From Escherichia phage Bp4: a DNA stretch of 64,000 bases. The DNA is taken from sequence record NC_024142.2; one strand, given 5' to 3'. The position numbers and the translations under genes were made by a program. This document shows, in pieces, positions 30,901 through 39,045 of the stretch (position 1 is its first letter; each line of letters begins with the position of its first letter). Below the pieces are notes generated by a model. It searched no databases. It was not told the DNA's origin and saw only the letters and a list, made by a program, of their open reading frames with translations.

Positions 30901-33900
30901 CTTAGATGACCGTATGCGTGTGCCAATGAGCATCTATGCTCCTTCACAGGCAGGTGTAGCAGGTATTCCATTTATGACCATCGGTACAGGTGATGGCATG
31001 ATGATGCAGACCCTTTCTACTATGAAAGGTGCTCCGAAGAATACCCTGAAAATCTTTGATGGTATGAACATTGGTATTAATGACATTACTGATGCAAGCC
31101 GTAAAGCTAATGAGGCTGTATATACTTCCTGGCAGGGTAACCCTATCAAGAATGTTTATGACTCCTTTGCTAAGTTCATGAAGAACGTAGACTTCAGCAA
31201 ACTGTCTGATGAAACCAAACAAGCTATCGCTAAATCTGCACTGGAATACGACCAACGTGAGGGTGCTACTGATGACCTGTTACGTGTTGGTGCTGAACAG
31301 ATTGAACGTAATCTGCGTAACATTGCTCTGGGTGTGGATATTCGTCATAAGGTAATGGACCAGGTACAGGTCACTGTTGACCAGATGGCTGCTGTTGGTG
31401 CTCCTTATGTGAACAACGGTAAAATCTCTCTGGAAGGTCTGACTGTAGACCAGCAAGTAGCTAAGCTGAACGAACTGTTTGATGCTGAATTAAACAAGCG
31501 TCGTGATGCAGTACGTGCTGCTAAAGCAGAACCAGTGAAAGAAGTGCCAGCAATGGAACAGGTCGGTCGTGTACTGAAGTCTGGTGTACGTCTGCTGTCT
31601 AATGCTGCCATTACTAAACTGGCTAAAGAGATGTCCCCTGAACAACAAGCAGTACTGAAAGAAATACAGAAATCTCTTGCTGCTAAAGACTATAAGGTTG
31701 TTTATGGTACGCCTTCTCAACTGGATGCCTATGCTATTGAGAAGAACATTACTCGTCCAGCACCGGAAGATATTGAAGCTGCTGAAGCAGGTAATGCATA
31801 TGGCTGGACTAACTTTGAAGATAAAACCATCTACTTAGTTACCCCTTCCTTAGAGACTCTGGTTCATGAATTGGTACATGCCTCTACTTTTGAATCTGTA
31901 CTAGCTCACTACGAGGGTACTCCTAACGAAGCAGTCCAGAATATTGAAGACCTGATGAACCAGTTCCGTGCTCTTGATGTTAAGAATGAATCTCCGGCAG
32001 TACGTGAAGCATATGCCGATGCACTCAATACCATTAATGGCCACTTGTCCAATGGCTTTATTGAACCAGCAATGGCTAAAGCTGCTGCACTGAATGAGTA
32101 CATGGCTTGGGGTTTAACTAACCGTGAACTTATAAGTAAGCAGAAGAAAACCACTGCACTTAAAACTATGGTTCAGGCTGTATATGAAGCAATCAAACGT
32201 CTGGTATTCGGACGTAAGAAAGCTCCTGCTAATGCAGATGATATGTTCTCTGGCTTACTGTTTAACTCTGCTGTAGTAATGCGTGGGCAGGCTCCTACTG
32301 CTGCTGTAGCCAAAGATACTACCTTGTTCCATAACAAAGCATACGGTGACAATACTCGTCTGGAAGAGCTAGGGAAAACCTTCGATAAGCTGATTACTAA
32401 CTACATTGGTTCAGAACCAGTACAGCAAGTAATTCGTAAAGGTAAGTTCTCTGATGCAGTAGTAAAAGCAACTAAAGTAACTCGTGATGTTCAGGCTCAT
32501 GGCTTCACCATGAATATGCAGGAACAGCGTCTCTTCACTAACATTGTTGCTGCACTAGCTACTGAGGCTGCTATTAACCCTGCTGCTATGGCTCGTGCAC
32601 AGGAATACTACACGCATGTTACTAAGAACCTGACTGTTGAAGCGTTCATGGCTGACCCGGATAGTACTAACCCTGCTGACCGTTACTATGCACAGCAGAA
32701 GTTCGATACCATCATGGGTGCTAATAACATTGAGTTTGATGCACAGGGTCGTTCTTCCTTACTACCTACCTTTGTTGGTCTGGTAATGGTAAGTGAAGAA
32801 GTACGTAAGGTGCTGGCTGATATTTCTGTTATGAAAGCAGATAAAAAATCTGGCAATACTGTTGATGCAATGCTGACTAACATCGGTACTGCTGCAATGG
32901 CTAGTCTGAATGCTCGTGTAGCAGGTGATACTAAAGCCACTAACGTACAGGAAGGTATGGATGCACTGGCTCAGACAATCATGCAGACCAGTCTTAACGC
33001 AGAATCCTTCTATGATTCCGTTGCTACTCCTACCGGTAATGCTATCGACCGTGCTAACCAGTATTTGGTGGACTCTATTGATGCATTGTCTACCCGTGCT
33101 TTAGAAGGTGCTCGTGAAGTTGCAGCTAATACCAAGAATCCATTGGTCAAAGGTGCTGCTCATGCTGCACAACTGGTAGCTGCTATTGCTACAGAGAAGA
33201 ATGGTGCAATCGTAGCCGAAGGTGTTATGGCTGCAATGAACCAGGGTAAAGTATGGCAACCTTTCCATGACCTGGTTAATGACATAATTGGACGTACTAA
33301 GAGCAATGCTTCTGTATATGATTTGATTAAAGCAGTACGAGCACAAGTGCAGGCTGACCGTCAACAGTTCCGTGAACACTTGCCTACCACTATCGCATCC
33401 AAGTTCAGCCGTAAACTGACTAATGATGAGTGGAAAGCAATGCATACCGGTATGGGTAAAACTGACTTAGCTGTTCTGCGTGACACTATGTCTTTGGATG
33501 AAATCCGTGACCTGCTGACTGACCAGAAGAATGTTGACCGTGAGGTTAATAAACTGGAAGCAGATTTGCAGAAACAAGCAGGACGTAACTGGCCCCTGAT
33601 TAACCGTAAATCTAAGCAACTGGCTCAGTATATGATTAACGGTACAGTCGGTAATAACCTGCTGCGTAATGCTACTGCAATTTCTCGTTTACTGGGTGAA
33701 CGTAAGACTACACGTTCTGTTGTAGATGTAGCTCAGCTGGATAAACTGATTACCCTGTATGCACTGGAAGCAATGAGTAAGACTGACCGTGAGGTGTTAT
33801 CTTCACTGGCTCAGACAGAAGTTGAAGGCATGGACTTTGCTACTTCTTACCTGGTTGGTCAGCGTAAAGACGAAATGGCTAAAGCCAAGTCTGATAGCCG

Positions 33901-35668
33901 TGCAACCTTGAACCAGTACAAAGGATACATCCCAACTGAGAACAAACAGGGTGTTAACCTGATTGTTGCTGAAGATAATCAGTTTGCTGATTTGATTGAG
34001 AAATCCTATGTACGTCTTGGTACTTATCAGGGTAGCTCTGCTAACCGGGGTCCAGCACGTAGTTACTACTTTGCACCGGTACAGGCACAGGCTCCGTTCT
34101 CACAAGGTATCCTACAGAACGTTCGAAATACTGCTGGTGGTGTAGACCTTGGTACAGGCTTTACGATGGGAACCATGGTAGCTGGTCGTATTACTGACAA
34201 GCCTTCCGTAGACCGTATCACTAAAGCACTGGCTCGTGGTGAACGTGGCAATGAACCACTGCTGCCTGTATATGATGCTAATGGTAATGTAGTTGCTTAT
34301 GAGCAATCTATTGACCCTAACATGCTGAAGCACATTGAGGGTGAGAATCATCTTGCTCGTGCAATCGGTGTATGGCGTGGTCGTCAGGTGGAAGAAGCTA
34401 AGGCTCAGCGTTTCAACGATATGCTAATTGAGAACCTGCATAGCATGTATGAGAACGACATTAAGATGTCTGCTTCTAATAAGTCCCAGTACGTTAACCT
34501 TCTTGGTTCTAAACTGGACCCAGTAACTGCCGATGCCCTTAAGCTGATGAACAGTGAAACTCGTCAGAAAGCAGAAAGTCTCTTTGGTCCAGGTGAATTG
34601 TGGGTGCGTCGTGACATGCTTAATGATGCTCTGGGTTATCGTGCAGCTTCTGTAGGAGATGCCTGGTCTGGTAATTCTCGTTGGTCACCAGAAACACTGG
34701 ATACCTTCAAGAAAGCTATGTTGGGTGTATTCGGCAACCGTGCCTATAAGTATGTAATGGGTGGTGAGAACCTGGTTCAGAACTTAGTTAAAGAAGCTAA
34801 GACCCTGATTGTAGTTAAGTCAGTAGTTGTACCTGCTGTTAACTTCCTGGCTAACCTTTACCAGATGGTTGCTCGTGGTGTACCTGTTAAGAACATTGCT
34901 AAGAGCATCCCACAAAAAACTGCTGAGATTAACCAGTATCTGAAATCTCGTCTGCGTCAGGTAGATGCAGAAGCAGAATTACGTGCAGCTACTAACCCGA
35001 ACCAGATTCGTAAACTCAAGGCTGAGATTCAGTCCATCTCTGATAGCCATAAACGTTTGAGTATCTGGCCTCTGTTGGAAGCTGGTGAGTTCTCTTCAAT
35101 TGCAGATGCTGGTATTGGCCGTGATGACATCCTGATTACTGAAGGTAAACTCCACGAATACATGGAAAAGCTGGCTGATAAGCTGCCTAAGTCTGTTCGT
35201 AACGCAGGTCGCTATGCACTTATCACTAAGGATACTGCTCTCTTCCAGGGTATTCAGAAGACGGTTGAGTACTCTGACTTTATTGCTAAAGCAATCATCT
35301 ATGATGAACTGACTCAGCGTAAAGGTAAGACTCGTGAAGAAGCACTGGGGCGTGTAACGGAAGAGTTCATTAACTATGACCGTCTGCCTGGTCGATTCCG
35401 TGGGTATATGGAAAGTGTTGGTTTGATGTGGTTCTACAACTTTAAGATTCGTTCTGCAAAAGTTGCAGTGTCCATGATTCGTAATAACCCAGTACATGCT
35501 GCTATGGCTATGTTGGCTCCAACCCCTACCATGTTTGGTAACGTTGGTCTTCCTATTCAGGACAACATCTTTAGTATTGCTGCACAAGGCAATCTTGGTT
35601 ACTCCTTTGGTTTCGGTCAAGGCTTACGTGCCCACAACCTGAACCCTTGGCTCAACCTTACTAACTAA
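24956..35668 (+). CDS. giant virion-encapsidated RNA polymerase (N4 vRNAP-like)
   Basis: Single uninterrupted ~3570-aa ORF in the virion module; size and position are diagnostic of N4-like phages; ATG at 24956 with RBS AGGAAAC. Confidence 0.8.
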   Translation: MSTFDRLAGFADSITNAKQVDVSTATSQKQAAQGQSPFQLTPENAYNLQTGRVGNLGIGAFEPGSLQADFTQASPLEIINKYGNEQGLQILNSRANAADVVRQDLSKQRTNAEAFGDTLSGVGLGVANTLGGIAALGTGLVNDNAGASIASGLDWLNKGVHNLQSDALNARRNVVQNQNVISAQENEKLYKQDIAKGESELVASLSRIGRDAYDSVANTLSNDMAATDGLAEGVGSFFTGGPLIRGVSALGKVMVGGDKAVKGITLAAELGYRPARIAQTAGRVAAPAIAIGGMEAGGAYQQTANEIMEMPFSELAAKSPVYQQHIKDGLSPEEARRQTASETGITAAGLTAPVAALTAPLVSKFELNPLKVGSLAGAGSNMLRETVEEGIQSGTSQFAQNKAIQGNVDAERDLLKGVGEQTGLGALYGFGSAGVAQAPGATVKAAGAAVGPAVRTTLAGASLAGKALAKVASPITNILVQRGEEVAKRNEQASPVSDATVNAAAQEATAQAEQAQATVQEAVDAMDISPEEKAAATQYAADLTQAMKFDPVELEQTNPAIREAVSGSTNRVEAIQKMADLVNTAEDPNVQMEAAIQMYDNIMSMDSFINRDPGALANLEQGSPAAAIVDQFSGLMANVQNTPKVLRAFRAIHSMIQEQAEAGKLKATEEANQAQANNIAMAADVSPEVLDADSVNMVLKHASEGKITLGNRQRAALQSAAALLQGAREFDAKAEELGLRPQDIVSKQIKTDESRSNEGQYSALQHAKRIRSAYNSGNFDLASAYLSDFMKFAQHMQNKVGALNEHLISGNADKNKSVHYQALSPSREWVRSRTGLGVNPYDTKSVKFAQQVALEAKTVADIANALATAYPELNVSHVKVTSLDSRLNKPAAQVVKEFRQGGLDATQSQQTNEPVNQVDETPALVQEDTTTVQPKDKLVVENKTAPTKETSPKAEEVSTTESERDAYVKENTISQEILNKNGDRRESPWLFADGTVVGSNGDHISLSDVFGHDGYRDMSLDTGAIRSTFYKGSEQPFVSLQLFDNQKLTAEQFNTVQSFVEANNALIQVGVDTSGRNTNNVEKEEVSLAQLKADYTVGGKPLSEMETVFPVYNNDKTPNQFIKSFSLPEEPKSRTIGSESPLTDVKKALSSAARFEAFTQKENNALTSDVIKRYQDLFEFGETLKTTLSDRLAKFLANKNVGKRFAEGTEANRWVGGKLLNIVEKDGDTFKFNDQLLETAVLAGLQWRLTATQNAAVKDMKDVAAITGVEASLLPEGILADFENAQTLVEATNSLAQKIESYWGLNRNPNAPLGYTKGIPMAMATEILSSLIEMGEVKESMLDVSEIDPESNKTVGLYTIEKLDDNDAINKFPTAIEETVLLEPVEKLYLGDDIPSVAQTQLRNPAVKNTPEQKAALKAEQATEFRVHMPMVNFYEALGRDNILELMGAGALNPELLNVNTAKSLEGKNLSVSMAYDSLFGVINQIKEQENGLDTPIHYGYNMTRVGRMQMLGKNNPQSSKLVREAILPTFSTIDLSNENSQTFSDFQLGLAQALGIKVHKMSREVMSDELTKALEGKLKPAVDMMVEFDKSGHLPADAVDILKTSLGNDKSFVALMALMEYARYLNSDDRANFNTPLYVEADGVTNGPINAMVLMTGGKFTSDWIKNTAKGGLFFGKAGKTMNEHHSHEDSVDLYEASTNSLQQALNELRNNYRNNVPVTNQMKHLQKLMDLFIKDFNLNEDGTLDLKRGIAKNPLTITIYGSGARGIAGKMVSAITDTIYERFSDVLQARAADPSISPAMAMFGKEAASEADAQAMLDTFLTSMEALTGNVPVMRKGELSIQQVDGALTGKLDPQKFTVSGNALKNLQENMLHLFVEPMRTGIRNTVGEGLMYSTENLQKATQIQSLVLQDMFQQRVQEKLAEKEKDPTWKKGDFLTQKELNEIQASLSPLAPMIETGSQTFYIAGSENTDVANQVLATNLDDRMRVPMSIYAPSQAGVAGIPFMTIGTGDGMMMQTLSTMKGAPKNTLKIFDGMNIGINDITDASRKANEAVYTSWQGNPIKNVYDSFAKFMKNVDFSKLSDETKQAIAKSALEYDQREGATDDLLRVGAEQIERNLRNIALGVDIRHKVMDQVQVTVDQMAAVGAPYVNNGKISLEGLTVDQQVAKLNELFDAELNKRRDAVRAAKAEPVKEVPAMEQVGRVLKSGVRLLSNAAITKLAKEMSPEQQAVLKEIQKSLAAKDYKVVYGTPSQLDAYAIEKNITRPAPEDIEAAEAGNAYGWTNFEDKTIYLVTPSLETLVHELVHASTFESVLAHYEGTPNEAVQNIEDLMNQFRALDVKNESPAVREAYADALNTINGHLSNGFIEPAMAKAAALNEYMAWGLTNRELISKQKKTTALKTMVQAVYEAIKRLVFGRKKAPANADDMFSGLLFNSAVVMRGQAPTAAVAKDTTLFHNKAYGDNTRLEELGKTFDKLITNYIGSEPVQQVIRKGKFSDAVVKATKVTRDVQAHGFTMNMQEQRLFTNIVAALATEAAINPAAMARAQEYYTHVTKNLTVEAFMADPDSTNPADRYYAQQKFDTIMGANNIEFDAQGRSSLLPTFVGLVMVSEEVRKVLADISVMKADKKSGNTVDAMLTNIGTAAMASLNARVAGDTKATNVQEGMDALAQTIMQTSLNAESFYDSVATPTGNAIDRANQYLVDSIDALSTRALEGAREVAANTKNPLVKGAAHAAQLVAAIATEKNGAIVAEGVMAAMNQGKVWQPFHDLVNDIIGRTKSNASVYDLIKAVRAQVQADRQQFREHLPTTIASKFSRKLTNDEWKAMHTGMGKTDLAVLRDTMSLDEIRDLLTDQKNVDREVNKLEADLQKQAGRNWPLINRKSKQLAQYMINGTVGNNLLRNATAISRLLGERKTTRSVVDVAQLDKLITLYALEAMSKTDREVLSSLAQTEVEGMDFATSYLVGQRKDEMAKAKSDSRATLNQYKGYIPTENKQGVNLIVAEDNQFADLIEKSYVRLGTYQGSSANRGPARSYYFAPVQAQAPFSQGILQNVRNTAGGVDLGTGFTMGTMVAGRITDKPSVDRITKALARGERGNEPLLPVYDANGNVVAYEQSIDPNMLKHIEGENHLARAIGVWRGRQVEEAKAQRFNDMLIENLHSMYENDIKMSASNKSQYVNLLGSKLDPVTADALKLMNSETRQKAESLFGPGELWVRRDMLNDALGYRAASVGDAWSGNSRWSPETLDTFKKAMLGVFGNRAYKYVMGGENLVQNLVKEAKTLIVVKSVVVPAVNFLANLYQMVARGVPVKNIAKSIPQKTAEINQYLKSRLRQVDAEAELRAATNPNQIRKLKAEIQSISDSHKRLSIWPLLEAGEFSSIADAGIGRDDILITEGKLHEYMEKLADKLPKSVRNAGRYALITKDTALFQGIQKTVEYSDFIAKAIIYDELTQRKGKTREEALGRVTEEFINYDRLPGRFRGYMESVGLMWFYNFKIRSAKVAVSMIRNNPVHAAMAMLAPTPTMFGNVGLPIQDNIFSIAAQGNLGYSFGFGQGLRAHNLNPWLNLTN

Positions 35669-35675
35669 ATGAAAA

Positions 35676-35705
35676 AGCCCCTCTAATGAGGGGCTTTTAT
35701 TTTTA
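35676..35705. terminator. bidirectional intrinsic terminator
   Basis: 8-bp stem AGCCCCTC/GAGGGGCT, loop TAAT, A-run upstream and TTTTATTTTT downstream; between convergent genes. Confidence 0.75.
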
Positions 35706-36194
35706 CTGAGCTAACACCCAATCTTCTGCTAATACATCTGATTGAGATGGAACCCATGGCATAAACTGGTTATCAACGGTTTTAATACCCAGCCAATCCC
35801 GTTTCTCACAAACGGTATTTTCATGTTTATCCATGGCCCAATTTTCACCAGATACTAAGGTGATATACATTCCTTTTCCGTTCCAACCTTTACGGGTCAT
35901 TCTAAAGCCTGATTTGAGAATCTCTACTGCATGACCAAAGGTACAACCTTTTTCTACGTCACGGTATGCAGCTTCGAATGTAGCTTTAGGTGACCAGCTA
36001 ATATAGCCACGGAATTGGGGATGGTTGGACTTAGAGTCTGGATACTCGACTAAGTAGCCTTCTTCTAGCGGGTCTTCATCTGCTGGTACATCCCAACCAC
36101 GAAGTTTGCAGTATGTTTCTTTGCTCATCGGGAAACCATTTACACACTTGGTTCCAATGTAGTTGGTGAAATGGACTTTAATTTCTTCTGACAT
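35703..36194 (-). CDS. DUF2829/Tad2-like domain protein (candidate anti-Thoeris sponge) with N-terminal extension
   Basis: C-terminal ~80 aa: AVEILKSGFRMTRKGWNGKGMYITL … PWVPSQSDVLAEDWVL matches my recollection of the DUF2829 motif; start taken at MSEEIKV with GAGG RBS. Confidence 0.45.
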   Translation of the reverse strand: MSEEIKVHFTNYIGTKCVNGFPMSKETYCKLRGWDVPADEDPLEEGYLVEYPDSKSNHPQFRGYISWSPKATFEAAYRDVEKGCTFGHAVEILKSGFRMTRKGWNGKGMYITLVSGENWAMDKHENTVCEKRDWLGIKTVDNQFMPWVPSQSDVLAEDWVLAQ

Positions 36195-36211
36195 AACTAC
36201 CTCAAATGAGA

Positions 36212-36240
36212 AAGCCCTCACTAGGAGGGCTTGTTTTGTT
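36212..36240. terminator. terminator-like hairpin between two minus-strand accessory genes
   Basis: AGCCCTC-ACTAG-GAGGGCT followed by TGTTTTGTTTT on plus and TTTCTCATTT on minus. Confidence 0.4.
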
Positions 36241-36312
36241 TTGGCTTCATGAGCTTACTACTTTGTCGGGTAGTTCAGTACCTTTCGGTAAAAACTACCA
36301 TACACCTTTGAA

Positions 36313-36693
36313 TCAAATTGTACAACCACCACCATCACAGGTATTGTTTTCTGCAAAGGAAGCCAAAGCTTTAGCAGTCTCTTCCTTCTCATGCAGTGCC
36401 TGACGTAGTAGGTAGCCCTCTAATTCCCAAATCTTATTGAATGCATTTTCATATGCATACTGGCGACCTAACTGCTCATCATAGATAGTTGGGTCTACGC
36501 AAGCAGATACACCTTCAACTTTAAAATTGTTTTCCAGAATGATAACACAATAGGTTACCAGACCCAGGTTAGCCAAATCATCTGCCGGGAGTGCAGAAGG
36601 ATCAACGAATGCAGATTTCACTGCATCAGCACCATTAAAATAGTAAACGCTCTTAATCTTAGCTTCGATTGCTTCTTTACTTACTGTTGCCAT
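36313..36693 (-). CDS. hypothetical accessory protein
   Basis: ORF with start at MATVSKEA; contains YYFNGADAV … ENAFNKIWELEGY; no confident family. Confidence 0.5.
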   Translation of the reverse strand: MATVSKEAIEAKIKSVYYFNGADAVKSAFVDPSALPADDLANLGLVTYCVIILENNFKVEGVSACVDPTIYDEQLGRQYAYENAFNKIWELEGYLLRQALHEKEETAKALASFAENNTCDGGGCTI

Positions 36694-36751
36694 TATTAGC
36701 CTCATAGAGTGGTTTGAATTTGTACTTAAGCATGATTGCGTTCATCAATAC

Positions 36752-36783
36752 TCAAATAAAAAAGTCCCTCCGAAGAGGGACTT
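36752..36783 (-). terminator. intrinsic terminator ending the tRNA-region transcript
   Basis: Minus strand stem GTCCCTC-TTCG-GAGGGAC followed by TTTTTTATTTG. Confidence 0.7.
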
Positions 36784-37009
36784 AGTAGCTTTAACGCAGC
36801 TAACGAGGCTAGGCCAGTTAACTATTACCACCGGTGCTTGTACCAGCAAACAGGATTGATAGTCCGATAATAGTTAACTGTAATTGAGCATTATAGTCTG
36901 CTCATACTCACACCGTTAGGTATGTTTTCAATAATTAGAGTGCCGGACTGTCTCACCGGCATTGTCTTTAGAGTGCAATGCAATCAGGACTATGTTCTCT
37001 ATTAATAAG

Positions 37010-37083
37010 TACCCACTACTGGATTTGAACCAGTGACCTTCCGATTATTAGTCGGTTGCTTTCCCCGTCTAAGCTAAGTGGGC
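37010..37083 (-). tRNA. tRNA, canonical cloverleaf; anticodon loop CUAAUAA, isotype uncertain
   Basis: Hand fold: acceptor GCCCACU/AGUGGGU, D-arm GCUU/AAGC, anticodon stem with one mismatch, T-arm ACUGG-UUCAAAU-CCAGU; no encoded CCA. Confidence 0.5.
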
Positions 37084-37457
37084 ATAAATGAGTGAGTCAT
37101 GCCAGACTTTAACTGGCTCCTTCTTCGCAATCCTTACATACCCCTACATAATTATTGCGTTAAGCTTATATTGTTTAAGTTTAAGTGAAGGCGTTCTTGC
37201 TGACTCATAATAGGGTGGGCGTTTGACGAATGACTAGTTCGTTACTACCCGTTTGCCATAAGTACCTGGCGACTTTGGTTTGAGGCGGGAGTCCGAGTCC
37301 TGTACAGCCTTACCGTTCACACATTGGCAGCGTATCTAGAATAGCACTTCCGGCAACTGGATTTAACTGTTACACCCCAAATCTGGTAGGGGCGTCCAGA
37401 AGTCTCATCTGGTACTTACGCCGTCGTATGGTTACGACTTACCCCCATAATCTTTCT

Positions 37458-37529
37458 AATTCAAAGTAGCACTGCTCCATGTTTGGCCTTTGAACTCCGG
37501 GATGGATTAGTGCAATGCTACTTTGAATT
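37458..37529. repeat. 14-bp perfect inverted repeat with 44-nt spacer
   Basis: AATTCAAAGTAGCA at 37458-37471 and TGCTACTTTGAATT at 37516-37529, abutting a tRNA-like 3' end. Confidence 0.6.
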
Positions 37530-37615
37530 GGTTACCAGTGAGGGATTCGAACCCCCGGTTGGAGTCTATAGCTTACCGCAGCAGCTCTCCAATCTAGCGG
37601 TGTCACACTTAGTCC
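37529..37615 (-). tRNA. tRNA-like element (T-arm, 3' acceptor strand and encoded CCA; no canonical 5' half found by eye)
   Basis: GGGGG-UUCGAAU-CCCUC then ACUGGUA-A-CCA; upstream region does not fold into D or anticodon arms. Confidence 0.3.
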
Positions 37616-37653
37616 AAACTTGAACATATCAAGCTATCTCGTGCAACTGATAA

Positions 37654-37719
37654 TTGGTTCCGGCGTCTGGACTCGAACCAGAACACTTATGCCGTGCACG
37701 ACACTAGTACCTACACCGG
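37654..37719 (-). tRNA. tRNA-like minihelix (7-bp acceptor, T-arm, CCA; about 10 nt too short for a cloverleaf)
   Basis: Acceptor UCCGGUG/CGCCGGA, T-arm UCUGG-UUCGAGU-CCAGA, A-CCA; internal 29 nt have no stems. Confidence 0.3.
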
Positions 37720-37795
37720 AATTAATTGCCAGGGATTCCACCTGGTCCATCTGTTTTTATAGTCACTCAGATATCGTCTGGACTGTAGGCATGGG

Positions 37796-37871
37796 TGGGA
37801 ATCGAACCCACAAACCATTCAGCACTGTAGCCTCACGCTCTACCTATTTGAGCTATCACACACCATTGATT
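37796..37871 (-). tRNA. tRNA-like element (canonical D-arm and T-arm; acceptor and anticodon stems not pairable)
   Basis: D-arm UAGCUCAAAUAGGUAGAGC and T-arm GUGGG-UUCGAUU-CCCAC present. Confidence 0.3.
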
Positions 37872-38156
37872 AACTCCCCGTTTCTAATACACGGACGAGG
37901 ACACTCCATGGTCGTTTGATAATCAGGACGACTCACTCCCGACTGACGCTTGGCTTATTAGGCTGCCATCAGAACAACATCATCGTTTGCATTTATGTTA
38001 TTGGTTCGTTTCTAAAAAACCGCATAATCGCTTACGAAAACTATCAAAGAGTACACTAAGCACAGGTAGCTACCCTGCCGTCTTCTCCACCTACACCGGC
38101 TACAGTGTAAACCTCCGCACGTTAGCTTAATGTACTCATTGATAGGATGTCAGTAG

Positions 38157-38226
38157 GTCGGGGGCTGGATTCGAACCAGCGAGAGAAGTAGCGACCATCT
38201 GCACATGCCTACGTGCTACCTCGACC
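38157..38226 (-). tRNA. tRNA-like element (acceptor with one mismatch, D-arm, T-arm; anticodon region 2-3 nt short)
   Basis: GUCGAGG/CCCCGAC, D-arm GCAC-GUAGGCAU-GUGC, T-arm GCUGG-UUCGAAU-CCAGC. Confidence 0.3.
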
Positions 38227-38401
38227 ATTATAATAGGAGGGAGGGGACGAGTCCTCCCTTTATACCCTATATTGCATGTAAGACCTAACAATTCGATGCT
38301 GTAGGTAGCTATGCTATCCGACATTTAACCCAGCCATATAGGGCTTATGTGATTAAAATGCTCAACATTGAGCGGTTAGTTTGATAAGGGATCTGAAGCC
38401 T

Positions 38402-38429
38402 TATCCCAAAGATACTAACCTTTGGGATA
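38402..38429. other. 10-bp stem hairpin in non-coding region
   Basis: TATCCCAAAG-ATACTAAC-CTTTGGGATA. Confidence 0.5.
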
Positions 38430-38610
38430 TAGCCTATCATTCAGAAATGGCCCCTATAGGGAGAGGCCATTGATTAACCCGAATGTTGCTTTACATTTTC
38501 TGTGATAACCCATTCTTAAAATAGTTTACCTGACGGATGGGGGCCACCCCTAGCGTCAGTGCCATACGGCAAAGATTAAGTTAAGAAAGGTTATGATAGG
38601 AGTTCCTATC

Positions 38611-38811
38611 TCAAAGGATTCTAACAGAACCCTTCACGATATTAACTACTCTTTTTAATGCTTCTACTTCACCCTCTCTATACCAAGCATATGGTACTAA
38701 GATTTTGCAGCCTTCTGATTCAATGTGAAATGCTTTCTTTCCTTCAACGGGTTCTCCACCCATGAAAGAACTAACCTTTCCATTGAGCCAGTGAATAGTA
38801 AATTTGTTCAT
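38611..38811 (-). CDS. hypothetical small protein
   Basis: 66-aa ORF (MNKFTIHWLNGK…) with upstream GAGA RBS-like element. Confidence 0.45.
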   Translation of the reverse strand: MNKFTIHWLNGKVSSFMGGEPVEGKKAFHIESEGCKILVPYAWYREGEVEALKRVVNIVKGSVRIL

Positions 38812-39045
38812 ATTAGTCTCAGTTGAACCAATGGACTTCGGAGAGTATTAAAGTCCACTGGTTCGGTTGTTGTTGTTACTCTGGCGGCTTGTCACCACCG
38901 TGTTTACCACTGCATTTCCACAGGATAATGACAGTGATGATAAAAGCTATGTATGGAGCCGACACGTCTATAATCCTGACCAGTAGTAGCATTAGGACTA
39001 TAAACACTACCACACCTAGCAGCAGCTTCTGAGCCACCTACCAGA

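Noticed and set aside
25206-35620. Numerous 60-170-aa ORFs in both orientations inside the giant polymerase gene
   Set aside because: All nested within one uninterrupted 3570-aa frame; alternate-frame artefacts
37541-37555. Plus-strand tRNA reading of the palindromic TTCGAA T-loop cores
   Set aside because: On the plus strand the flanking stems do not pair and T54 is missing; only the minus-strand orientation gives T-stem and acceptor pairing
37620-37919. 99-aa plus-strand ORF in the tRNA region
   Set aside because: Overlaps tRNA-like elements on the opposite strand; no RBS; likely chance ORF in non-coding DNA
36785-38610. CRISPR array or tmRNA in the non-coding region
   Set aside because: No regularly spaced direct repeats; no tag-peptide reading frame ending in a hydrophobic tail with paired distant acceptor halves
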